From: Candidatus Cryptobacteroides excrementigallinarum
GTDB lineage: Bacteria > Bacteroidota > Bacteroidia > Bacteroidales > UBA932
Length of the DNA: 64,000 nt
Direction: 5' to 3'
NCBI GenBank assembly: GCA_018713015.1
Contig: DVFY01000018.1
Coordinates: forward strand, 39,576 to 103,575
Shown piece after piece: positions 1 to 9,468 of the stretch (positions are counted from its first letter, which is position 1; each line of letters opens with the position of its first letter). Position numbers and translations under genes: made by a program. The notes under the pieces were generated by a model, which was not told where the DNA came from, did no database searches, and was given only the letters and a program-made list of their open reading frames with translations.

Positions 1-48
1 GGCAGCTGCTGCGGGAACTACCTGATGGATTTCAAGATAATCTTCTAG
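1..48 (+). CDS. 3' end of a gene entering from the left (partial, unknown product)
   Basis: Frame 1 reads GSCCGNYLMDFKIIF-TAG with host-like codons and ends 9 nt before the nhaA ATG. Confidence 0.35.
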   Translation, partial: GSCCGNYLMDFKIIF

Positions 49-57
49 ACCGGCCCG

Positions 58-1452
58 ATGAGAATAATCCCGCCGCTGTACACCTGGAACAAGGGCATCT
101 TCAAGCTTGTCAACGGCAAGCTCTGGCACAAGCCGTGGCTGCTCGGAGTGATACTGATGATATGCGTGGTGGTCGCCATGCTGCTGGCCAACATCCCGCA
201 GACCAGCCACCACTATCATTCAATCCTCGAGACCAACATCCAGCTGCACCTTTTCAGCGACGACGGGAACCTGGACTTCCTGTTCCCGCGCGACATGACC
301 GTGGAGAAGTTCATCAACGACATCCTCATGGTGCTGTTCTTCTTCCTCGTAGGCCTCGAGATCAAGAGGGAGTTCGCGAAAGGCGCACTGTCCACGGCGA
401 AGAAGGCCATGCTGCCCATAGTCGCCGCATTCGGGGGCGTGATAGCCCCGGCGCTGATCTACACTCTCATCAATTCCGGCACCGCAGCGGCGGGAGGATG
501 GGGAATTCCCACGGCCACGGACATAGCCTTCGCCGTGTGCATAATCTCCATGCTCGGCAAGAGGGTGCCGCTTTCGCTCAAGGTCTTCCTGACGGCCCTC
601 GCCGTGACGGACGACCTGATAGCCATCCTGGTGGTCATACTCTTCTACGGCGGAAAGATAGACCTCGGCCTGCTGGGGCTCGCCCTGGCGGTGATCGCGT
701 TCGTCTTCATAATGCGGCGGCTGGGAGAGAAGAGGATGTTCCCCTATATCCTGTGCACCCTCCTCGTATGGGTGCTCTTCTACTACAGCGGAATACACGC
801 GACCATGTCGGGAGTCGTGATGGCCTTCCTGATTCCCTCGGCTCCGCTCTACAACAAGGCGCAGTACTACCATAAGCGCAACAGGCTCATAGCCAGGCTG
901 GACCAGCTCGCGGAAAGCTATCCCGAACCCTTCCCCAACCATGGCCAGCGCTACTGTCTGCAGCGGCTGGAGTCCGTCGCCCACGGCACCCTGGACATGA
1001 GCTACCGCATAGAGCACGCCCTCGGTCCCTGGGTCAATTTCCTGATTGTCCCCCTGTTCGCGCTTGCCAATGCGGGAGTTACGATCAGCGACCCTTCGCT
1101 GTTCAACATCTTCAGATACGACAGCGGGCTCGGAAGCGTCCAGATGGGCGTATTCTTCGGCCTGCTCATCGGCAAACCGCTCGGCATCATGCTGTTCAGC
1201 TGGCTTTCCGTAAAGCTCAGGATAGGCGACATGCCCGCCGGTAGCAGCTGGGGCATGCTCGCTGCTGTCGCATGTCTGGGAGGCATAGGCTTCACGATGT
1301 CCATCTTCATCGACACCCTGTCGTTCGGAGACCAGGGCGATGCCGTGATGCTGGCGCTCAGGGACGCAGGAAAGATTGCGGTGCTGCTGGGCTCGCTGTG
1401 CTCCGGCCTGCTGGGCTCGCTGTTCATTTTCCTCGCCGGCCGCAGGAAATGA
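58..1452 (+). CDS. nhaA: Na+/H+ antiporter NhaA
   Basis: Motifs FINDILMVLFFFLVGLEIKRE, GWGIPTATDIAFA, LAVTDDL, PLFALANAGV, GIGFTMSIFI. Confidence 0.95.
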   Translation: MRIIPPLYTWNKGIFKLVNGKLWHKPWLLGVILMICVVVAMLLANIPQTSHHYHSILETNIQLHLFSDDGNLDFLFPRDMTVEKFINDILMVLFFFLVGLEIKREFAKGALSTAKKAMLPIVAAFGGVIAPALIYTLINSGTAAAGGWGIPTATDIAFAVCIISMLGKRVPLSLKVFLTALAVTDDLIAILVVILFYGGKIDLGLLGLALAVIAFVFIMRRLGEKRMFPYILCTLLVWVLFYYSGIHATMSGVVMAFLIPSAPLYNKAQYYHKRNRLIARLDQLAESYPEPFPNHGQRYCLQRLESVAHGTLDMSYRIEHALGPWVNFLIVPLFALANAGVTISDPSLFNIFRYDSGLGSVQMGVFFGLLIGKPLGIMLFSWLSVKLRIGDMPAGSSWGMLAAVACLGGIGFTMSIFIDTLSFGDQGDAVMLALRDAGKIAVLLGSLCSGLLGSLFIFLAGRRK

Positions 1453-1464
1453 CGCGTTCTTTTA

Positions 1465-1494
1465 TTGCCACTTCGGATATTTTGCGTATATTTG
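1465..1494 (+). promoter_or_regulatory. Bacteroidetes sigma-A type promoter for tRNA-Thr
   Basis: TTG at 1465-1467, 19-nt spacer, TATATTTG at 1487-1494, 9 nt before the tRNA. Confidence 0.7.
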
Positions 1495-1503
1495 CACTCT
1501 CAA

Positions 1504-1579
1504 GCCACTTTAGCTCAGTCGGTAGAGCAGCGCATTCGTAACGCGCAGGTCGCGAGTTCGAGTCTCGTGAGTGGCTCCA
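1504..1579 (+). tRNA. tRNA-Thr (anticodon CGT)
   Basis: 76 nt; acceptor GCCACTT/GAGTGGC, D arm TAGCTCAGTCGGTAGAGC, anticodon loop TT-CGT-AA, T loop GTTCGAGTC, encoded CCA. Confidence 0.97.
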
Positions 1580-1590
1580 AAAGCTTTCAT

Positions 1591-1631
1591 CCGGAATCAC
1601 ACCCTGCTCCAGGGTGGAGTCCGGTTTTTTT
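1591..1631 (+). terminator. Intrinsic terminator after tRNA-Thr
   Basis: CCGGA..CACCCTG-CTC-CAGGGTG..TCCGG hairpin followed by a T7 tract. Confidence 0.8.
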
Positions 1632-1652
1632 GTGTACATACAAGACCTGAAT

Positions 1653-2876
1653 ATGAAAAGAATAGCGATAACAGGAATGGGGGCCGTCACCCCGATAGGA
1701 GATTCAGTGGCGGAATTCTGGAATAACCTGGTCGCCGGCCGTTCCGGAATCGGAAGGCTCGACCGCTTCGTCAACGACGAGATTCCCGTAAGGGTCGCGG
1801 CCGAAGTCCGAGACTTCAACGCCGCCGACCACATGCCCAGGCGCATCGCGAAGGATTCTTCGCTTTTCGCGCAATACGCCTTCGCCGCAGCCGCCGAAGC
1901 CCTCGCGCAGAGCCGGCTCGACACCGCCGCCGAAGGATGGCGGACAGGGCTGGTCATGGGAACCTCGATGAGCGGAATCGTGGACATAGCCGGAACCCAG
2001 GAAGAAATGACCCGGAGCGGCGAAAGCAAGGTCAGCCCCAGATTCGTGCCGAAAATCCTGGGCAACATAGCAGCAGCGCAGATAGCGATAGAATACGGGC
2101 TCTACGGCCCCAGCATGACAGTGAGTACGGCATGCTCGTCAGGAGGCGACGCCATAAAGCTGGCTATGATGATGCTGGAGTCCGGAGAGGCCGATGCGAT
2201 GCTTGCGGTCGGAGCCGAAAGCATAATCTGCCCCCTCGTGACCTCATCGCTCTCGATGGCCAAGGCCCTGAGCCGGGAGGAGGATCCCGCTCTCGCCTGC
2301 CGGCCCTTTGACCTGAACCGGAACGGATTCGTGATGGGAGAAGGCGGAGGGGCCCTGATGCTGGAGACCGAGGAGCACGCCAGAGCCAGAGGCGCGGAGA
2401 TACTGGGATACGTGCTTGCGGCGGCCAACAACAACGATGCCTACCACGTCACCTCCCCGGCACCCGACGGGCACGGAGCCAAAGCCTGCATGAAGGCGGC
2501 GCTGGCTGCGGCGGGACTGGAGCCCGGGGACATAGGATACATCAACGCGCACGGAACTTCCACGCCCGTTGGGGACAAGGTGGAGATTTCCTCAATAAAG
2601 GAGGTGTTCGGCGGCTGCAGGCCGGCCGTCAGCTCCACCAAGGCCGCGACCGGACACATGATGGGGGCTGGCGGAATCACCGAGACCATAGCCTGCGTCA
2701 TGGCCTGCCGCGAGGGCATACTGCCCGCGACCCTGAACACCGCCGAGCCCGACCCCGCATGCGAGGGGACCGACATTGTCACGGGCGAGGCCAGGAAGGC
2801 CACTGTCAGGTACGCGATGTCCAACGCCTTCGGTTTCGGAGGCCAGAACTCAAGCATAATCGTTTCAGCCGAATAG
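1653..2876 (+). CDS. fabF: Beta-ketoacyl-ACP synthase II (FabF family), copy 1
   Basis: MKRIAITGMGAVTPIG start, catalytic TACSSG, INAHGTST and GHMMGA, SNAFGFGGQN; start moved to the ATG at 1653 because 1614 lies inside the terminator. Confidence 0.9.
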   Translation: MKRIAITGMGAVTPIGDSVAEFWNNLVAGRSGIGRLDRFVNDEIPVRVAAEVRDFNAADHMPRRIAKDSSLFAQYAFAAAAEALAQSRLDTAAEGWRTGLVMGTSMSGIVDIAGTQEEMTRSGESKVSPRFVPKILGNIAAAQIAIEYGLYGPSMTVSTACSSGGDAIKLAMMMLESGEADAMLAVGAESIICPLVTSSLSMAKALSREEDPALACRPFDLNRNGFVMGEGGGALMLETEEHARARGAEILGYVLAAANNNDAYHVTSPAPDGHGAKACMKAALAAAGLEPGDIGYINAHGTSTPVGDKVEISSIKEVFGGCRPAVSSTKAATGHMMGAGGITETIACVMACREGILPATLNTAEPDPACEGTDIVTGEARKATVRYAMSNAFGFGGQNSSIIVSAE

Positions 2877-2886
2877 ACGAACAACC

Positions 2887-4524
2887 ATGAACGAGAATCA
2901 GATTTTCAAGAAGAACTTCGAAAGCAGCTTCAGCTGGGTTGAAGGATTCATGCGCAATGTGCGCCGCTATGGCGACAGACCCGCGCTATTCAGCCCGCTG
3001 GACGGGACAAGGCTCAGCTACGCCGGGCTGAATGAAAGGGTGAACCGCCTGGCCAACGCGCTTCAGGAAAGCGGAATCGGAAAGGGGGACGTCGTGATGT
3101 ACATGATGCACAACAGCATTCCCTTCGTGCTCTGCTACATCGCGCCCCAGAAGCTCGGCGCCGTGAACTGCCCCATCAACTACTACATGTCTGCCGGCGA
3201 GATAGCCCTCAACATCGACGACTCCAGGCCCAAGGCCTTCATCTACGAAAGCTGCTTCGGCGAGACCGTGAACGCGGCCCTGAAGCTCTGCACCCATACG
3301 CCGGAGACAATAATCTCCTTCGGCAAGGACGAGACGGCGATGACCCGCATCACGCTGGAGGAGTACATGGACGGAAAGAGCTGCGGAGAGCCGGTCGGAG
3401 CAGAAAGGCACGGCATCTACGACGAATGCACCAGGCTCTACACCTCCGGCACAACAAGCAGGCCGAAAGGAGTTCCCCTCTACTCGGTCAACGAGGTCTT
3501 GTCGGCCCACGACGTGATCATGCACTTCCCTCTCGCCTACGGCGACAAGACCATGAACATGACCCCGTGGTTCCATCGCGGAGGACTGCATTCCGGCGGC
3601 CCCTGCCCCACCCTCTACGTGGGCGGAGAAGTTGTCATAATGCGTGAGTTCAACGCCGGGCTGACCCTGCAGTACACACAGGAATACGGAATCAACTTCC
3701 TCATAGGGGTTCCCGCCGTGCTCAGCCTCCTCTGCCGTATGCAGGAGCAGGCCGCAGCCGACCTGAGCAGCCTGAAGGGCATCGTGACCATGGGCGCTCC
3801 GCTCGACAGGGAGAACTGCATACGCTTCATGGAGACGCTCACGCCGCGCATTTTCAACGGCTACGGAACCACCGAGACCTTCTGGAACACCTTCCTGCGT
3901 CCGGAGGATCTCCCGGAACACGCCGGAAGCTGCGGCAGGGCATGCACCGACGACGACGTGAGGGTCGTCAAGGTCTATCCCGACAGATGCGCCGACCCCG
4001 ACGACCTGGTCAGCAAGGACGGAAAGGAGACTGGCGAAATCATAATAGCATCCCCGGCGAAATCGGGTATGCGCTATTTCGGAAACGACGAACTTACGGC
4101 TAAGCGCTTCCGCAACGGTTTTTACTATACCGGCGACCTCGGCACCTGGGACAAGGACTCATACGTCACCCTGGTGGCAAGGAAGGACGACATGATAGTC
4201 TCCGCCGGTGAAAACATCTATCCAGCACAGGTGGAAAACGTGCTGATGGAACATCCGGACGTTGCGGAAGCGTGTGTCGTAGGTCTGCCCGACAAGCTCA
4301 GGGAGCAGGTCGCCGTGGCATACGTGGTGCCCAAGGACGACAGGCTCACGGTGAAGAACCTGATCCGGTTTGTCAACGGACACCAGATGCTCGCGGCCTA
4401 CAAAAGACCGAAGTATTACAGGATCTGCGAAAAACTGCCGCACACGCCCACAGGGAAACTGCAGCGCTCGATAGTGCGCGAACATGCGGCAGAGGACTTC
4501 GCCCAGGGCCTGCTGCACCGCTAG
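2887..4524 (+). CDS. Acyl-CoA synthetase / AMP-binding ligase (ANL superfamily)
   Basis: YTSGTTSRPKGV, GYGTTE, YTGDLG, RKDDMIVSAGENIYP, PHTPTGKL. Confidence 0.9.
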   Translation: MNENQIFKKNFESSFSWVEGFMRNVRRYGDRPALFSPLDGTRLSYAGLNERVNRLANALQESGIGKGDVVMYMMHNSIPFVLCYIAPQKLGAVNCPINYYMSAGEIALNIDDSRPKAFIYESCFGETVNAALKLCTHTPETIISFGKDETAMTRITLEEYMDGKSCGEPVGAERHGIYDECTRLYTSGTTSRPKGVPLYSVNEVLSAHDVIMHFPLAYGDKTMNMTPWFHRGGLHSGGPCPTLYVGGEVVIMREFNAGLTLQYTQEYGINFLIGVPAVLSLLCRMQEQAAADLSSLKGIVTMGAPLDRENCIRFMETLTPRIFNGYGTTETFWNTFLRPEDLPEHAGSCGRACTDDDVRVVKVYPDRCADPDDLVSKDGKETGEIIIASPAKSGMRYFGNDELTAKRFRNGFYYTGDLGTWDKDSYVTLVARKDDMIVSAGENIYPAQVENVLMEHPDVAEACVVGLPDKLREQVAVAYVVPKDDRLTVKNLIRFVNGHQMLAAYKRPKYYRICEKLPHTPTGKLQRSIVREHAAEDFAQGLLHR

Positions 4525-5777
4525 CGGTACTTCCTGAAGGCGATGCAGGCGTTGTGCCCGCCGAAGCCGAAGGAATTGGAGATTCCAAGGGTCACGTTGC
4601 AGCTGACCGCCTCGCAGGGCGTATAGTCGAGGTCGCACTCCGGATCCGGGGCCGTGAGGTTTATAGTAGGCGTGACTATACCCTCGTTCAGGGTCATGAG
4701 CGTGGCTATCGCCTCCGCGGCACCGGCGGCTCCGAACATGTGTCCGGTCATGGATTTGATGGACGTGATGTGGGCCTTGTATGCGGCATCCCCGAGCGCG
4801 AGCTTGCATGCCAGGGTCTCCGCGCTGTCGTTGAGCTTCGTGCCCGTGCCGTGCGCATTGATATAGAGCGCATCTTCGGATTCGTCATAGCCGGCCTCCC
4901 TGAGAGCGTCGATGATGCACCTCGACTGGGTGACCCCGTCAGGACGCGGGGCTGTGGCGTGGTAGGCGTCGCAGGTGTTGCCGTAGCCCACCATCTCACC
5001 GTATATCCGCGCCCCTCTCGCGAGGGCATGCTCCAGCTCCTCCAGCACCAGCACTGCGGCACCGTCCCCCATGACGAAGCCCTTGCGGTCGGCGCTGAAA
5101 GGCAGCGAGGCGTATTCCGGATCCTCCGCGCGGCTGAGAGCCTTTGCGTTCGCGAAACCGGCTATGCCAAGAGGGGTCGTCATGTGCTCGCAGCCTCCGG
5201 CGATGACGGCATCGGCATAACCGTGGCGTATCGCCCTGAAGGCCTCGCCGAGCGCGTTCGTGGAAGTAGCACATGCGGTCACCACGTCGATGCAGGGGCC
5301 GTTGGCATGGAAGCGTATCGCAATCTGGCCGGCGGCCATGTTGGAGATTATCGTCGGAACCATCATGGGAGACACCCAGCGGCCGCTCGGATCCCCGATC
5401 ATCTTCTCCGTTTCGCGGTACTGGGTCTCGAATCCTCCGACGCCGGAACCCACATAGACTCCCAGCCTGAACGGGTCGATGTTCGCGTCCTCGCCTTCAG
5501 CCCGTAGGCCGGACTGCTCCATCGCCTGGATTGCGGCGGCCATCCCGTACTGCGCGAATTTATCCTGCTTGCGCACGAAGGCCTTGTCAAGCCCCAGCGC
5601 GACCCCGTCGAAGTTCCTGACCATTCCGGCTATCTTGACGGGAAGTTCTTCTGTCGGGAATTCGCTTATGAAGCCTATACCGTTGACTCCATGCACCAGG
5701 GAGTCCCAAAAAGTCCGTACATCGTTGCCGACAGGCGAAATGACGCCCATGCCGGTCACCACTACTCTGTGTCGCAT
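4521..5777 (-). CDS. fabF: Beta-ketoacyl-ACP synthase II (FabF family), copy 2
   Basis: RVVVTGMGVISPVG, TACATS, INAHGTGT, GHMFGAAG, SNSFGFGGHNA. Confidence 0.92.
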   Translation of the reverse strand: MRHRVVVTGMGVISPVGNDVRTFWDSLVHGVNGIGFISEFPTEELPVKIAGMVRNFDGVALGLDKAFVRKQDKFAQYGMAAAIQAMEQSGLRAEGEDANIDPFRLGVYVGSGVGGFETQYRETEKMIGDPSGRWVSPMMVPTIISNMAAGQIAIRFHANGPCIDVVTACATSTNALGEAFRAIRHGYADAVIAGGCEHMTTPLGIAGFANAKALSRAEDPEYASLPFSADRKGFVMGDGAAVLVLEELEHALARGARIYGEMVGYGNTCDAYHATAPRPDGVTQSRCIIDALREAGYDESEDALYINAHGTGTKLNDSAETLACKLALGDAAYKAHITSIKSMTGHMFGAAGAAEAIATLMTLNEGIVTPTINLTAPDPECDLDYTPCEAVSCNVTLGISNSFGFGGHNACIAFRKYR

Positions 5778-5789
5778 ATCGTTCAGTGT

Positions 5790-6755
5790 TCAATAAACCA
5801 GCCCGGAGGCGCCGGAAAGCAGTTTCTCCGCACCCCCTATTATGTCCTCCACTATCCCGGCGGCGGTCTCGCGCCCCCTTATCATTCCGGCGACCTCACC
5901 GGCAAGGAAGCTGCCCCCGGCGTTGTCGCCCTCGAACACGGCCTTGCGCAGGGAACCCGCGCCGAACTTGAGCACTTCCTCCCTGGGAACCTCGGGGTCG
6001 TATTCCATCTTGAAGAACTTCTTGGAGAACGGGGTCTTGAGGCAGCGCACTGCATCTCCCATCGACTTGCCGGTCACGATGGTGGAAACGTCGGACGCCC
6101 TGACGAGCTTCTCCTTGTAATTGTCGTGTATGTGGCATTCGTCAGCCATGAGGAAACGGGTTCCGACCTGCACGCCGCAGGCTCCTAGCATGAAAGCTGC
6201 GGCCGCTCCCCTTCCGTCGAAGATTCCGCCGGCGGCAAGCACGGGAATATCGAGGGCGTCGACTATCTGGGGCACGAGGGCCATGGTGTGGTTGTCGCCG
6301 ACATGTCCGCCGGATTCCGCGCCTTCGGCTATTACGGCATCTGCACCGCATTCCTGCATCTTGAGCGCGTATGCGACCGATGCGACCACCGGAATCACCT
6401 TGATTCCTGCCGCCTTCCATGCGGGCATGTAGACTGCCGGGGAGCCGGCGCCGGTGGTAAGTATCCTGACGCCTTCCTCGATCACCATGCCTGCCACTTC
6501 CGCCGCGTTGGGCGCCTGGAGCATGATGTTGACGCCGAAAGGCTTGTCGGTAAGCTCGCGGCATTTGCGGATTTCCTCCCTCACTGCCTCCGTGCCGAAG
6601 TTTATGGATGAGATGATACCCAGGCCGCCGGCTTCGGAAACCGCCGAGGCCAGGCGGGCGTCGGCTATCCATGCCATGCCGCCCTGGAACAGGGGATGGC
6701 GGATGCCGAGCATTTCGCAGATTTTGCTCTTTATCATAGATTTATCCAGTTTCAT
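5790..6755 (-). CDS. fabK: Enoyl-ACP reductase FabK (nitronate monooxygenase family)
   Basis: PLFQGGMAWIA, KPFGVNIML, AEGAESGGHVG, AAGGIFDGRG, GVQVGTRF. Confidence 0.85.
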   Translation of the reverse strand: MKLDKSMIKSKICEMLGIRHPLFQGGMAWIADARLASAVSEAGGLGIISSINFGTEAVREEIRKCRELTDKPFGVNIMLQAPNAAEVAGMVIEEGVRILTTGAGSPAVYMPAWKAAGIKVIPVVASVAYALKMQECGADAVIAEGAESGGHVGDNHTMALVPQIVDALDIPVLAAGGIFDGRGAAAAFMLGACGVQVGTRFLMADECHIHDNYKEKLVRASDVSTIVTGKSMGDAVRCLKTPFSKKFFKMEYDPEVPREEVLKFGAGSLRKAVFEGDNAGGSFLAGEVAGMIRGRETAAGIVEDIIGGAEKLLSGASGLVY

Positions 6756-6789
6756 CCCTCCCGGAAGCGTATCCCGGGACGGGCGGATG

Positions 6790-6797
6790 CAAAATTA
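6790..6797 (-). promoter_or_regulatory. -7 promoter element for fabK-fabF
   Basis: TAATTTTG on the minus strand, 34 nt upstream of the fabK start. Confidence 0.55.
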
Positions 6798-6843
6798 CCT
6801 TATAATTTGCATTCGTCAAAATCTGCGGAACGCCCGGACGGCG

Positions 6844-8079
6844 TCAGTTCAGGTTGAAGCGCAGTCCGAGAGAGAGGCTGAAGTTGAACGGACGCTCTCG
6901 GTAGACGGTCTCGACGAAGCTTCCGTTGTCGAAATAGTAGCTGAAGCCCGGCTCGGCATAGATGCCCAGAAGCTCGTTGAAAGAGTAGCCGAAGCCGAGG
7001 GAGGCGCCGACCGACCATTGCAGGGGCTCCACCATTATCCTGTCCCTGACCGTGGATTTCACCGCCGAATCCACGATGTAGTAGGTGGAGGTGGTTCCGC
7101 CAACGCACTTCTCCACCTTGCCGCCGGCTGTCAGATAAAGGTCGAAGCCTGCGGGCCTCCAGAAAGAGAACCTGGCCCTGAGCGGCAGGCCGACATAATG
7201 CAGGGTCTGACGTATGTCATAGCGGTTGTCCGCAGTTCCCGACGACATGTCCGACACCAGGCAGGAGTAGTCGAGTCCGCTGTCGAGGGCGAAGCGCTCA
7301 CCGAAACCGAGGGAAAGCGACACTCCCACGCTCACCGGCTGCCAGTGCTCGGTATGGGTGCTCACCTCCTGGGAATTGTTGTTCAGCAGCACCGATGAAT
7401 AGCCGACAAGCTGGTCGCGCTGCGCCGTCGGAGCCGGCATCACCGCCGCACCGTACATTCCGCCGTAGCCCAGCGCTTCGTTGCTGCCGGGAGCCAGGTT
7501 TGAGGCCTTCAAGCCGAGACGGATCCTGATTCCGCCGGCCTCATCGTCGTCGCCGGCATCGAAGAGCTGCGGAAAGGCGGCCATATCCTCCTCCACCGGA
7601 AGAGACTCCTCCGGCACTTCCGGCCCGGGCTCCGGTCCGGGATTGCCACCCGGCTGTTCCGTGACGGCAGCTGCGTCTTCGGACGCAGGGGCAGGAAGCA
7701 CTGCCTCCGGATATTGAAGCGGTTCAGTTCCGGCATGATCCCCCAAGCTGCGCTCCGGATCCGGCGGCAGTGCGGCAGCGGACGGAAGGAAAAGCTCCTC
7801 CTGCAGGACGGGAGCTGCGGCAAGAACCTGACGGGAAGCGGCCGGCATGAGCATGACACGGTCTTCGTCTCCACGGAACATGACCACGGACGCCAGCGCG
7901 GCTGCGGCGAAGACGGAAGCGGCCCCGGCAAACATACGCCTTCTGCGCCTCATACGGCGGCGCCTGTCCCAGGCCGCGCCCACTCCCGACTCCACAGCAT
8001 CCCATACGGAATCCGGAAGCGGTTCGGAAAAGGTCTCCATCTCCGACCTCAACTTGCCTTGCCAGTCATTATTGCCCAT
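6844..8079 (-). CDS. Anti-sigma-like protein with C-terminal outer-membrane beta-barrel (PorT-like) domain
   Basis: Short N-terminal segment (EPLPDSVWDAVE), TM helix, Pro/Glu-rich linker, amphipathic strands ending LGLRFNLN; overlaps the ECF sigma stop. Confidence 0.7.
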   Translation of the reverse strand: MGNNDWQGKLRSEMETFSEPLPDSVWDAVESGVGAAWDRRRRMRRRRRMFAGAASVFAAAALASVVMFRGDEDRVMLMPAASRQVLAAAPVLQEELFLPSAAALPPDPERSLGDHAGTEPLQYPEAVLPAPASEDAAAVTEQPGGNPGPEPGPEVPEESLPVEEDMAAFPQLFDAGDDDEAGGIRIRLGLKASNLAPGSNEALGYGGMYGAAVMPAPTAQRDQLVGYSSVLLNNNSQEVSTHTEHWQPVSVGVSLSLGFGERFALDSGLDYSCLVSDMSSGTADNRYDIRQTLHYVGLPLRARFSFWRPAGFDLYLTAGGKVEKCVGGTTSTYYIVDSAVKSTVRDRIMVEPLQWSVGASLGFGYSFNELLGIYAEPGFSYYFDNGSFVETVYRERPFNFSLSLGLRFNLN

Positions 8080-8638
8080 TCTCTCTGTATTCTTTGATTT
8101 TTCTTGCAAGCAGGGACCTCGCCCTGCTGAACTGTGAATATGAAGTATTCTCGCTGATACCGAGGGCGTCGGCTATCTGCCTGTGGCTGAAGCCTTCGAA
8201 CACATAGAGGTTGAAAACCGTCCTGTAGCCTTCGGGCAGCTCCGCAATCATCTGCTGAATCACCGCGAGAGGCACGTCGTCCACCTCGGGCTCCTCGTCC
8301 GGCAGCGAATCGGCGATTCCGTCGTCTTCGACGGATTCTCCTGCACGGCGCCTTGAGCGCAGATACATCAGGGCCTCGTTGACGGCCACCCTCCTCATCC
8401 ATGCCTTCAGCGAGCCCGGGCCACGCCATTCGAACTTGTCCAGCGAGGTGAAAATCTTCACCAGGCTGTCCTGCAGCACATCGGCTGCACTGTCGGCGTC
8501 ACCGGTATAGCGACGGCAGACGGCAAGAAGATACTGCGCATACGAGTCGTATATGGCTCTTACTGCAGCAGTATCTTCATTCTTCGCCCTGCGGACGAGT
8601 TCCGCTTCGGCGACCGGCTTGCCGCTGCCGTTCATCAA
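8069..8638 (-). CDS. ECF RNA polymerase sigma factor
   Basis: DVLQDSLVKIF..WMRRVAVNEAL (region 2); LPEGYRTVFNLYVFEGFSHRQIADALGISENTSYSQ (region 4). Confidence 0.93.
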   Translation of the reverse strand: MMNGSGKPVAEAELVRRAKNEDTAAVRAIYDSYAQYLLAVCRRYTGDADSAADVLQDSLVKIFTSLDKFEWRGPGSLKAWMRRVAVNEALMYLRSRRRAGESVEDDGIADSLPDEEPEVDDVPLAVIQQMIAELPEGYRTVFNLYVFEGFSHRQIADALGISENTSYSQFSRARSLLARKIKEYRENGQ

Positions 8639-8642
8639 GGGA

Positions 8643-9416
8643 TTATCTTAGCGGCAGCTCCGTAGAGACCTTCTCGGAAGACTTGGTGCCGTTCTCTTCT
8701 CCGCCGGCCTTTTTCCTCTCGATAGTATAGCTCTTTTCACCGTCGTGTGAAATATACTTTATCGTCAGATGGTCGGGACGGGCGCCGATTTCGGGAAGGT
8801 CGGTGAGCCGGAAGGCTATCACTCCTGTCGATGCGAGTCCCGACATGTAGGCCGTGTCGTCAAGCGGGTTGTGGCGGAGCTCCACCACGTACGGATCATC
8901 GGGGTCGGTGCCGTAGACAAGGTTGATTTCGTGATAGATGTAGGGGTTGTTCCACCTGGCGGTGAAGGTGAGCGTGAGATAGTCGTCCTCGAGCACGGTA
9001 TACCAGCTGTTGGTGATTATCTCGATAGGGGCGGAACCGTATTCATCGGCGTCCTCCTCCGTTCCGAGGGTGGGCACGACATCCTTGGTGCGTATGCTGT
9101 CGATGGCGTTCAGGAAGACTTCCCTGTCAAGCTTCAGGCCTTCCTCCTGGGGTCCGGTCCACGCCCCCTGGTCGCTATAGTTCACGAAGGCCCTCACTTC
9201 CTTTCCATAGGGGGACTTGACCAGGTTCGTGGGCTTCAAAGTGGTTTCGTCGTCCAGCTGGAGGTAGAAGATTCCGCCTTCCGAGGTCTTTGCGGTCACC
9301 ACTGCATTGGGATAGAAATAATTTCCACGGAAATCGTCGTCCTTGAGGCAGGAGGTCAGCATGAGACCGGCTGCGAGCACGAGCGACGCTGTAATTGCAA
9401 ATTTTTTCATAATCAT
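8643..9416 (-). CDS. NigD-like lipoprotein
   Basis: Lipobox LTSC; FYLQLDD..RAFVNY N-domain; PYVVELRHN..AFRL C-domain. Confidence 0.75.
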   Translation of the reverse strand: MIMKKFAITASLVLAAGLMLTSCLKDDDFRGNYFYPNAVVTAKTSEGGIFYLQLDDETTLKPTNLVKSPYGKEVRAFVNYSDQGAWTGPQEEGLKLDREVFLNAIDSIRTKDVVPTLGTEEDADEYGSAPIEIITNSWYTVLEDDYLTLTFTARWNNPYIYHEINLVYGTDPDDPYVVELRHNPLDDTAYMSGLASTGVIAFRLTDLPEIGARPDHLTIKYISHDGEKSYTIERKKAGGEENGTKSSEKVSTELPLR

Positions 9417-9468
9417 TCGTTCTTTATACTTTCCGCTATGATAATGCAGGATTTCCGCAAACCTTGCA

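Noticed and set aside
1504-6840. Integrative element at tRNA-Thr
   Set aside because: No integrase, and no duplicated tRNA 3' end (att site) was seen
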